From NCBI GenBank assembly GCA_015064355.1, contig SVSJ01000007.1, positions 7,435 through 71,434 of the forward strand: a DNA stretch of 64,000 bases, read 5' to 3'. How positions within the stretch are numbered: position 1 is the stretch's first letter; every line of letters starts with the position of its first letter. Shown here piece after piece: positions 27,415 through 35,301 of this stretch. The translations under genes were made by a program, and so were the position numbers. Source of the DNA: Oscillospiraceae bacterium (GTDB lineage Bacteria; Bacillota; Clostridia; Oscillospirales; CAG-272). The notes beneath the pieces are model-generated. The model was given only the letters and a program-made list of their open reading frames with translations. It was not told the DNA's origin and ran no database searches.

Positions 27415-29025
27415 ATGCATCAAGCATTGTATCGCAAATACAGGCCCCGCGCATTTGACGATGTTTGCGGAGAGGATCACATTACCTCGGTACTGAAATA
27501 CGAGGCTCGTGAGTCGCGCTTTTCTCACGCCTACCTCTTCTGCGGTCCTCGCGGCACAGGTAAAACTACTTGCGCGAAGATCCTTGCAAAAGCAGTAAAC
27601 TGTCTCTCACCCGTTGACGGAAATCCCTGCGGCAAGTGCTTTGCATGCGAGTCAATTGACAACGGCCACGCGACCGACGTTCTGGAAATGGACGCAGCCT
27701 CCAACAACGGCGTTGACTACATCAGAGATATTCGCGACGAGGTCAACTACGTTCCGTCTTCTCTGAAAAAGAGAGTGTATATCATCGACGAGGTTCATAT
27801 GCTCTCCACCAGTGCGTTCAACGCGCTTCTTAAGACTTTGGAAGAGCCGCCGGAGCACGTGGTTTTCATTCTGGCAACCACAGAATTCCACAAGCTTCCC
27901 GCAACTATCGTTTCAAGATGCCAAAGATTCGATTTCCGCCGCATCAAAGCCGATGTTATTGCGGATAGACTCTTATATATTGCAGAAAAAGAGGGACTCA
28001 CCCTCCACGAGGACGCTGCAAAGATCATTGCAAAGCAGTCTCAGGGCGGTATGCGCGACGCTATCAGCCTGTTCGAGCTTTGCTCCGCCGGTGGACACGA
28101 CGTTACAGCAGATCACGTTTCCGATGTGCTTGGTCTTACGGGAATCGAGATCCTTTATAAATCCGCTGTTGCAGTAGCGCGAAATGATGCATCATCAATT
28201 TTTAAGATAATCAAAACCGTGGACTCATCATCAAAGGACATATCGGTTTACTGGTCAGAGCTTATCGGATTCTGGCGTGATATGCTGGTGTTCAAGTATC
28301 TGCCGGAAGGTGAGAGAACCAATTATCTCGATCTCACCGAGCCTGAAATGCGACTTCTTGCCGACGGTGCCAGAAGATTCACACCCGAGGTATTGACATA
28401 CCACTTTGAGCTTCTTGACGAGGCACTTCGTGAAATGACGCGGCTTCCGCAGTCCAAGAGACTTCTTGCTGAGCTCACTCTTATAAAAATGAGTGACTCG
28501 TCTCTTGAGACCTCCACCTCTGCCCTGCTCTCAAGGATTTCAGCTCTTGAAGAAAAAGTGAGCCTTTTGGAGTCTACGCCGAGAATCACAAACCGTAATG
28601 TTGATAATACCATCTCACACAAAAATAACAACGCAATATCTGATGATGTTGCTCAAAATAACACGGAAACCAAGCTGACCATCGAGGACGTCGATCCCTA
28701 CGAAAGCACCTCGCAGCATGAGCCCGAGAAATCATTGCAACCCATAGATCTTTCCGACGTTGCGGAGCGGATCTCCGAGAAGAACCCGTCAGTTTCCGGA
28801 TTCCTCATCGAATGTGACTGCCAGTCCGACGACGCAGGAGAGTACATCCGCATCACCACCGCAAACGCATTTGCAAAAATGATGCTCACAACTGATGCCG
28901 CAATGCAGTCCATGCAGTCCGCATTCAGAATGTGCGGTATCACAAAGCCCGGTGCTGTAATCGAGGTTGTTGTGGGGGCGGTAACAAAGAAAAAGCCCGC
29001 TATTGACGAGCTTGAAGAGTTTTAA
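27415..29025 (+). CDS. dnaX: DNA polymerase III subunit gamma/tau
   Basis: MHQALYRKYRPRAFDDV, Walker A GPRGTGKTT, zinc module C..C..C..C, DEVHML and SRCQRF. I prefer the ATG at 27415 (AGGAGGA upstream) because the ORF-track start at 27316 overlaps the SRP RNA. Confidence 0.9.
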   Translation: MHQALYRKYRPRAFDDVCGEDHITSVLKYEARESRFSHAYLFCGPRGTGKTTCAKILAKAVNCLSPVDGNPCGKCFACESIDNGHATDVLEMDAASNNGVDYIRDIRDEVNYVPSSLKKRVYIIDEVHMLSTSAFNALLKTLEEPPEHVVFILATTEFHKLPATIVSRCQRFDFRRIKADVIADRLLYIAEKEGLTLHEDAAKIIAKQSQGGMRDAISLFELCSAGGHDVTADHVSDVLGLTGIEILYKSAVAVARNDASSIFKIIKTVDSSSKDISVYWSELIGFWRDMLVFKYLPEGERTNYLDLTEPEMRLLADGARRFTPEVLTYHFELLDEALREMTRLPQSKRLLAELTLIKMSDSSLETSTSALLSRISALEEKVSLLESTPRITNRNVDNTISHKNNNAISDDVAQNNTETKLTIEDVDPYESTSQHEPEKSLQPIDLSDVAERISEKNPSVSGFLIECDCQSDDAGEYIRITTANAFAKMMLTTDAAMQSMQSAFRMCGITKPGAVIEVVVGAVTKKKPAIDELEEF

Positions 29026-29107
29026 CAATTTTTTTGTGGGACGTCGAGGACGCAGTCCCCTACAAATAATATTTTGATATATTTAATTTACACGAGGTAC
29101 ATAAATC

Positions 29108-29461
29108 ATGAAAGCAAAACTTCCCAAGGGTGTTGGCGGCGGTCCCTCCAACATGCAGAGCATGCTCAAGCAGGCACAGAAAATGCAGGAGGATATGAAC
29201 AACCTCCGCGACGAGCTTGATGAACGCGAATATGAAGTAAAGGCCGGCGGCGGTGTTGTTACCGTTAAGATCAACGGTAAGCTTGAGATCCTTTCCATTG
29301 ACATCGACCCCGAGATCGTTGACCCCGATGATATCGAGACCCTCTCCGATATTCTCACAGCAGGCGTTAACGAGGCTATAAAGAAGGTTAACGACACAAA
29401 CAACGAAGAAATGGGCAAGATCACCGGCAGCCTTAACCTTGGCATGCCCGGACTTTTCTAA
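29108..29461 (+). CDS. ybaB: YbaB/EbfC-family nucleoid-associated protein
   Basis: MQSMLKQAQKMQEDM...GGGVVTVKINGK...I.ID and the conserved position between dnaX and recR. Confidence 0.9.
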   Translation: MKAKLPKGVGGGPSNMQSMLKQAQKMQEDMNNLRDELDEREYEVKAGGGVVTVKINGKLEILSIDIDPEIVDPDDIETLSDILTAGVNEAIKKVNDTNNEEMGKITGSLNLGMPGLF

Positions 29462-29464
29462 GCC

Positions 29465-30073
29465 ATGGCAGAAAATATTGAGCCCCTTGAGAGGCTGACC
29501 GATATGTTCCGCAAGCTGGACGGCGTTGGTAAGAAATCTGCCGCCCGTTACGCTTTCTGCGTGCTGAATTTCACAGAAGCAGAAGCATACGATTTCGCCC
29601 AGGCGATCATTGCGGCAAAGACCGAGATCAAAAAATGCTCCGTTTGCTGCAACATTACCACCCACGAGACCTGCGATATTTGCGGATCCGACACACGAGA
29701 TCACTCTACCGTTTGCGTAGTTGAAGACCCACGCGCCGTTCTTGCTATAGAGAAGACCAGACAGTTTGCCGGTGTTTACCACGTGCTTCACGGGACTATT
29801 TCCCCCATGCGCGGTGTAACCCCCGACAGGCTGACCATTAAGGAGCTTCTTGCCCGAATCGGCAACGAAGAACACCCGGTTTCCGAGCTTATCCTTGCAA
29901 CCAACCCTACTGTAGAGGGTGAAGCTACCGCTATGTATATTGCAAAGCTGGTATCTCCACTTGGAGTTAAGGTAACTCGAATCGCAAACGGCGTTCCCGT
30001 AGGCGGTGACCTTGAATACGCTGACGAGGTAACTCTTCGCCGCGCAATGGAAGGCAGATACTCCATTCTTTAA
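29465..30073 (+). CDS. recR: Recombination protein RecR
   Basis: HhH N-terminus, C4 zinc finger (CSVCCN...CDICG), Toprim block VCVVEDP and LATNPTVEGEATAMYI. Confidence 0.95.
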   Translation: MAENIEPLERLTDMFRKLDGVGKKSAARYAFCVLNFTEAEAYDFAQAIIAAKTEIKKCSVCCNITTHETCDICGSDTRDHSTVCVVEDPRAVLAIEKTRQFAGVYHVLHGTISPMRGVTPDRLTIKELLARIGNEEHPVSELILATNPTVEGEATAMYIAKLVSPLGVKVTRIANGVPVGGDLEYADEVTLRRAMEGRYSIL

Positions 30074-30080
30074 GAAAACT

Positions 30081-30118
30081 TCTCCCCACGTCAGAGAACA
30101 CGGGGAGATTTTTGTTTT
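30081..30118 (+). terminator. Rho-independent terminator after recR
   Basis: Stem TCTCCCC/GGGGAGA followed by TTTTTGTTTT. Confidence 0.6.
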
Positions 30119-30122
30119 GCTG

Positions 30123-30151
30123 TAGACTTGGGGCTGAATTTGTGGTATAAT
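30123..30151 (+). promoter_or_regulatory. Extended -10 promoter for the small-ORF / GTPase-NYN operon
   Basis: TAGACT (30123-30128), 17-nt spacer whose 3' end carries the extended -10 TGg (30143-30145), then TATAAT (30146-30151). Confidence 0.5.
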
Positions 30152-30183
30152 ATTTTATTATATCAAATCAGGAGGACAGCGAT

Positions 30184-30573
30184 ATGAGTCTGAACGTCAA
30201 TTCCCCAGCATACTACTCTAATGTTCATGGAATCGATAACGATATTTACCGATTACAGCAGTTGATCACGAAGAACATAGACGTACGGAATTATACTGAC
30301 GTGATCGATGCAATCGGAATTGTTCCGGTGATAGCTCCGGAGCACATTATGGGCGAAATGAAGAAATTTCATATAAAGGCTCGTTTTGCAAGTATTTGGC
30401 TCCGAATTGATTACGAAAAGTATTTGACTTCAGACTTGGAAGAAAAAAAGCAGCTGATATTACAAAACATATTTGATTCGCTCTACGTTGTGAGAAAACG
30501 TTTGGGACGTAAATTCGACTATGAGCGAATAGTAAACGATATTAAGAAGTTAGTAAACGAAGGAACGATATGA
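30184..30573 (+). CDS. Hypothetical 129-aa protein with no recognised motif
   Basis: Good RBS (AGGAGG 30170-30175). The stop overlaps the next start (ATGA at 30570). My hand count over 360 nt gives about 39% G+C, against about 53% in a sampled 60-nt stretch of the neighbouring gene. Confidence 0.6.
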   Translation: MSLNVNSPAYYSNVHGIDNDIYRLQQLITKNIDVRNYTDVIDAIGIVPVIAPEHIMGEMKKFHIKARFASIWLRIDYEKYLTSDLEEKKQLILQNIFDSLYVVRKRLGRKFDYERIVNDIKKLVNEGTI

Positions 30574-33161
30574 AAAATCTGGTAATCGGGATCCTCGCTC
30601 ACGTTGACGCGGGCAAGACTACTTTGTCTGAAGCCCTACTTTACACCACCGGAAAAATAAAAAAAGCCGGACGTGTGGATCATCGCAATACTTATCTTGA
30701 TACACACGAGCTTGAACGTGACCGTGGGATAACAATTTTCTCCAAGCAGGCGATCTTTGAAACGCCGAACATAAAGGTCACTCTGCTGGACACTCCCGGT
30801 CACGTGGATTTTTCAGCGGAGGCGGAGCGCACCCTATCCGTACTTGATTACGCTATCCTTGTGATCAGCGGTTCTGAGGGCGTGCAGGCTCACACGGAGA
30901 CATTATGGAATCTCCTGGAACGTTACAATGTTCCGACTTTTATTTTCATCACGAAAATGGACTCCTCCTCTTTTGACCGTGAGTTTTTGATGAGGGATCT
31001 TTATTCTCACATTTCCTCGTCATGCGTTGATTTCAGCACAGAAGAGAATCTCCCCGAGCGGATCGCAATGGTTGACGAGGAGCTTCTCGACAGATACATG
31101 GAGTCGGGTGTGGTAAATGACGAGGACGTCGCCCGCCTTACAGCAGAGCGCAAGCTGTTTCCCTGCTTCTTCGGCAGCGGGCTGAAAATGGACGGCATTG
31201 ATTCCCTTATCAGGGCCCTCGAAAAATACACAACCGCAAAAGAATACCCCGATGAATTCGCAGCCCGTGTTTACAAGATCGGTCACGATACCACAGGGGG
31301 CAGAATCACTTATCTGAAGATCACAGGGGGAAAGCTGACGCAGCGGCAGACCCTCAAATACACATCTGCGGAATCCGATGAACCTATTGAAGAAAAGATC
31401 ACCGGAATCAGGCTGTACTCCGGAGCAAAATTCGACACTGCCGATTCTTGTGCTGCCGGTCAGGTTTGCGCCGTAACAGGGCTATCTGCCACCTACGCAG
31501 GTCAAGGCCTCGGTGCTGAAACAGGCACATCACAGCCATATCTCGAGCCGGTTCTCAATTATCGGATCGTACTACCGGCCGGGGCCGATCCCCGTGTGCT
31601 GATGCCAAAGTTCAAGCTGCTGGAGGAAGAAGAGCCTCTGCTCCACATCGTATGGAATGAGCGCTTTGGCGAGATTCACGCACAGCTTATGGGGCAGGTA
31701 CAGTGCGAAATACTGGTGAGCCTAATAAAAGACCGTCTTGGAATTGACGTAGCCTTTGGTGACGGACGGATAATGTACAAGGAAACTGTTTCAGCCGCAG
31801 GTGAAGGGGTAGGACATTTCGAGCCGCTCCGCCACTACTCGGAGGTTCATCTGCTTATCGAGCCAATCCCCGCAGGTTCCGGCGTGGTATTCGATACGGT
31901 AGCTGACGAGAACCATTTTGAGCGAAACTGGCAGCGACTTGTTATGTTCTTCCTTGAGAATAAGCAGCACCTGGGCACTCTCACCGGCTCTCCTCTCACC
32001 GATGCCAAGATCACCCTTACAAGCGGCCGTGCACATCTCAAGCACACCGTCGGAGGCGACTTCCGCGAGGCAACCTACCGTGCGGTACGTCAAGGCCTGA
32101 TGATGCTGAAACAGCGTGGCAAGTGCGTTCTTCTTGAGCCTTATTACGCCTTCACCCTTGAAGTTCCGGGAGAATGTGTTGGTCGCGCTATTTCGGATAT
32201 TATAGCACGTCACGGCACATATGACGAACACGAGTCTACGCCGGGCATCTCGCTTTTGAAGGGACGCGCTCCTGTTGCCACAATATCAGATTACGCAAAG
32301 GACGTTGCCTCTTACACCCACGGCAGAGGCAGATTCTCGTGTCGTGTCGACGGTTATTCCCAATGCCACAATGCCGATGAGGTGATCGCGTCCTTCGCAT
32401 ACGAGCCGGAGGCGGACCTTGACAACACCCCGGACTCCGTATTCTGCTCCCACGGCGCGGGATTTGTTGTTCCTTGGTGGCAGGTGCCGGAATACATGCA
32501 CCTTGAAGCCTTGGACATCCACGAAAACTATGATCCTACGTTAATTCCACCGGCGCCGGAGGTTATTCGCCAAAACATCAATATTGACGAAAAAGAGCTT
32601 GAAGCAATTATGGAGCGTGAATTTGGTCCGATCAAGCGGAGAGTTTACGGAAAGCCAAAAGAGCAGGCGCATCTCCCTGACGTTAAAGCTCCAAAATATA
32701 AGAAATCCCTTTACGTCATCGACGGATACAACGTGCTCTTTGCCAGAGATGAGCTTGAGGCGGTTGCACAGGTTGATCTTGAGACAGCGCGACGGGATCT
32801 TTGCGATATTCTTGCCAACTACCACGGATTCACCAAGCGTGATATTGTCGTGGTGTTTGACGCATACAACGTTAAGGGCGCTGTGGAAAGAAAGTTCGAC
32901 TACAACGGCGTAAACGTGGTATACACCAAGGAAGACGAGCTTGGCGACACGTATATCGAAAAGTTCGTTGACAAGATCGGCCGGGACTACAACGTGCGTG
33001 TTGTTACCTCCGACGGACTTATACAGCTTCAGGCGTTCCGCACGGGCGTACTTCGTATGTCAGCTCGGGAATTCTGGGCAGAGATCACCGCTGTGGACGA
33101 CGAGATAAACGAAATACTGAAAGAACTGAAGAGAAATCCCAAAAGACCGCAGAAGCCGTAA
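30570..33161 (+). CDS. Tet(M)/EF-G-like translational GTPase fused to a C-terminal YacP/Rae1-type NYN ribonuclease domain
   Basis: GTPase motifs G1 AHVDAGKT, G2 RGITI, G3 DTPGH and G4 TKMD. The protein is colinear with ribosomal-protection proteins through about aa 640. From aa ~711 (nt ~32700) it carries LYVIDGYN, VVVFDAYN, GDTYIEKF and VRVVTSDGLIQLQ...RMSAREF, the NYN_YacP signature. Confidence 0.8.
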   Translation: MKNLVIGILAHVDAGKTTLSEALLYTTGKIKKAGRVDHRNTYLDTHELERDRGITIFSKQAIFETPNIKVTLLDTPGHVDFSAEAERTLSVLDYAILVISGSEGVQAHTETLWNLLERYNVPTFIFITKMDSSSFDREFLMRDLYSHISSSCVDFSTEENLPERIAMVDEELLDRYMESGVVNDEDVARLTAERKLFPCFFGSGLKMDGIDSLIRALEKYTTAKEYPDEFAARVYKIGHDTTGGRITYLKITGGKLTQRQTLKYTSAESDEPIEEKITGIRLYSGAKFDTADSCAAGQVCAVTGLSATYAGQGLGAETGTSQPYLEPVLNYRIVLPAGADPRVLMPKFKLLEEEEPLLHIVWNERFGEIHAQLMGQVQCEILVSLIKDRLGIDVAFGDGRIMYKETVSAAGEGVGHFEPLRHYSEVHLLIEPIPAGSGVVFDTVADENHFERNWQRLVMFFLENKQHLGTLTGSPLTDAKITLTSGRAHLKHTVGGDFREATYRAVRQGLMMLKQRGKCVLLEPYYAFTLEVPGECVGRAISDIIARHGTYDEHESTPGISLLKGRAPVATISDYAKDVASYTHGRGRFSCRVDGYSQCHNADEVIASFAYEPEADLDNTPDSVFCSHGAGFVVPWWQVPEYMHLEALDIHENYDPTLIPPAPEVIRQNINIDEKELEAIMEREFGPIKRRVYGKPKEQAHLPDVKAPKYKKSLYVIDGYNVLFARDELEAVAQVDLETARRDLCDILANYHGFTKRDIVVVFDAYNVKGAVERKFDYNGVNVVYTKEDELGDTYIEKFVDKIGRDYNVRVVTSDGLIQLQAFRTGVLRMSAREFWAEITAVDDEINEILKELKRNPKRPQKP

Positions 33162-33180
33162 GGCTAAACTGCGGTTTTTC
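33147..33180 (+). terminator. Rho-independent terminator overlapping the 3' end of the GTPase-NYN gene
   Basis: Stem CCGCAG/CTGCGG with an inner AGCC/GGCT pairing, then TTTTT. Confidence 0.55.
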
Positions 33181-33275
33181 TTCAGGAAAAATTGTGCAAA
33201 CCGATTGACTTTTCCATCTCGTGGTGTTAGAATTACTATGTATGATATTTTTGTCTCTTACGAAAGGAAAACATT

Positions 33276-34514
33276 ATGAAAAAGAGATATGCATTCGTAG
33301 GTTCTTCCCTCCGCGCTCTGTGGATGTATGGAAAGCCCATGGCTGAAGAACTCACTGACGTTACGGAAATGTGCGGTGTTTACGACATTAACCCCGGCCG
33401 TGCGAGAGAATTTGTAAAGCGCGTTGGTGTCGACATGCCCGTTTACGAAGATTTTGAAAAAATGATCGCTGAAGTTAAGCCGGACTACGTTATCGTAACA
33501 ACAGTTGATGCTTACCACAGCGATTACATAATCCGTGCTCTCGAGCTTGGCTGTAACGTTATCACGGAAAAGCCTATGACAACAGACGAAAACAAGTGCA
33601 ACGCTATCCTTGAAGCAAAGGAGAAATACGGCAAGGAAGTTATCGTAACATTCAACTACCGTTTTGCCCCCTTCAAAACTAAGATAAAGCAGATCATTGA
33701 TTCCGGTGAGATAGGAGACATTTACAGCGTACATTTCGAATGGCTCCTTGACAGAGTTATGGATCTCGGCGCACACGGTGCCAGCTATTTCAGACGCTGG
33801 AACGCTCGTATGGCAAAGAGTGGCGGTCTTCTCGTACATAAGTCTACTCACCACTTTGACCTTGTTAACTGGTGGATCAACCAGAAGCCCGCAAAGGTTT
33901 CAGCTTTTGCTAAGCTGAATCTTTACGGCGCGAAGAACGCCAAATTCCCGAACACCACTCGTTGCTGTGAATGTCCTTACGCAAGCGAATGTGAGTTCTA
34001 CTACGAGATGACACCCCAAGAGCTTGCCTACTACAAGGCAAACGAGCAGTACGACGGTTACTGGAAGGACAACTGCGTATACGCTGAAGATATCGACATT
34101 TACGATACAATGTGCGTTAACGTTGAGTATGACGGCGGCGCTATTATGTCCTATTCTCTCAACGCAACCACAGCTTACGAAGGCTGGAGAATCGTTATCA
34201 ACGGCTCAAAGGGCCGACTTGAAGCTACTGAATACGAAAGCGGCTTCCAGTCCAAGGTAAACGAGGACGTTATTAAGGTGTTCGACCTCAAAAACAACTG
34301 CACCGAATATCACGTTGCTCGCGGCGGCGGCGGACATGGCGGTGGAGACCAGAGACTCCGCAATATGATCTTCCGTGATAACGTACCCGATCCTATGGGA
34401 CACAAGGCCGGAACAATGGACGGTGCTTACTCCATTCTCGTTGGTGTTGCTGCTAACAAGTCCATTAAAGAAGGAAAGATCATCGCAATCGACGATCTCC
34501 TTGACAGAAAATAA
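33276..34514 (+). CDS. Gfo/Idh/MocA-family oxidoreductase
   Basis: N-terminal Rossmann fold, TEKPM motif and a long C-terminal dimerisation domain. Confidence 0.8.
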   Translation: MKKRYAFVGSSLRALWMYGKPMAEELTDVTEMCGVYDINPGRAREFVKRVGVDMPVYEDFEKMIAEVKPDYVIVTTVDAYHSDYIIRALELGCNVITEKPMTTDENKCNAILEAKEKYGKEVIVTFNYRFAPFKTKIKQIIDSGEIGDIYSVHFEWLLDRVMDLGAHGASYFRRWNARMAKSGGLLVHKSTHHFDLVNWWINQKPAKVSAFAKLNLYGAKNAKFPNTTRCCECPYASECEFYYEMTPQELAYYKANEQYDGYWKDNCVYAEDIDIYDTMCVNVEYDGGAIMSYSLNATTAYEGWRIVINGSKGRLEATEYESGFQSKVNEDVIKVFDLKNNCTEYHVARGGGGHGGGDQRLRNMIFRDNVPDPMGHKAGTMDGAYSILVGVAANKSIKEGKIIAIDDLLDRK

Positions 34515-34562
34515 AATGACAAAAGCCTCCCATATCCACGGGAGGTTTTTTCGGAGGTAAAT

Positions 34563-35213
34563 ATGAAACGAATCATTCACTGGGCGCTGGGCGTCCTCGG
34601 TATGCTTCTCTCGATTTCCCTGGCTGTAACCCTGACCTTGAACGCACGCTGGTTGTATGTGAGTGTTATGGAACGGGAGCATCTCCCCGAATACACCGGA
34701 TACTCAAGTGAGGAGATCCTCGCAAACTACGACGCTGTTATCGAATACAACTCAATTCTCGGCCCTGAGAAGCTCGAGTTTCCTACTCTGCCTATGTCGG
34801 AGGGCGGCAGGATACACTTTGAAGAAGTAAAGGTGATATTTGTTGCCCTGCAAATTATCGGAGTAATCTCGTTTGTTGTTCTTGGCGTTTTCGCAATACT
34901 AGCTATAAAGAAAAAGGACAGCGATGCCCTCTCTGTTTTGCGTAACACGGGTATTCTCGCGGTTGCGATTCCATCTGCCATCGGAGTCGGTGTAGCGCTC
35001 AACTGGGATCGTGCCTTTGTTATCTTCCACAAGATATTCTTTGCAAACGACCTTTGGCTGTTCGACCCAAGAACCGACCCTGTGATCAGAATTCTCCCCG
35101 ACACATATTTCCTCGCCTGCACGGTTATGATCATATCTCTCGTGATCATCTCAAGTATTTTGTGCCTTGCGTTATACTTTGCTATTAGAATAAAGATTTG
35201 CAAAAGAACATAA
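34563..35213 (+). CDS. TIGR01906-like integral membrane protein
   Basis: N-terminal TM helix, an extracytoplasmic segment with LNYDAVIEYN-type sequence, then 3 further TM helices. The family call is from memory. Confidence 0.55.
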   Translation: MKRIIHWALGVLGMLLSISLAVTLTLNARWLYVSVMEREHLPEYTGYSSEEILANYDAVIEYNSILGPEKLEFPTLPMSEGGRIHFEEVKVIFVALQIIGVISFVVLGVFAILAIKKKDSDALSVLRNTGILAVAIPSAIGVGVALNWDRAFVIFHKIFFANDLWLFDPRTDPVIRILPDTYFLACTVMIISLVIISSILCLALYFAIRIKICKRT

Positions 35214-35301
35214 TTAGTACTTCCCAAATGCTTGAAAATGTTGTATAATGGCTGTACCGGCAAACTACAAAATTAATTTTTGTGAACAAGGAGTATGACC
35301 C

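Noticed and set aside
27415-29025. A programmed -1 frameshift site in dnaX (gamma/tau as in E. coli).
   Set aside because: I found no A AAA AAG slippery heptamer. Only five-A runs occur (for example GAAAAAG at ~27765, ~27985 and ~28550), with no obvious downstream hairpin.
30570-32500. Calling the Tet(M)-like region a tetracycline resistance determinant or part of a Tn916-type element.
   Set aside because: There are no conjugative-transposon genes or flanking repeats. The region sits in a core dnaX-recR neighbourhood and the protein carries an extra NYN domain. Similarity to the ribosomal protection family alone does not show resistance.
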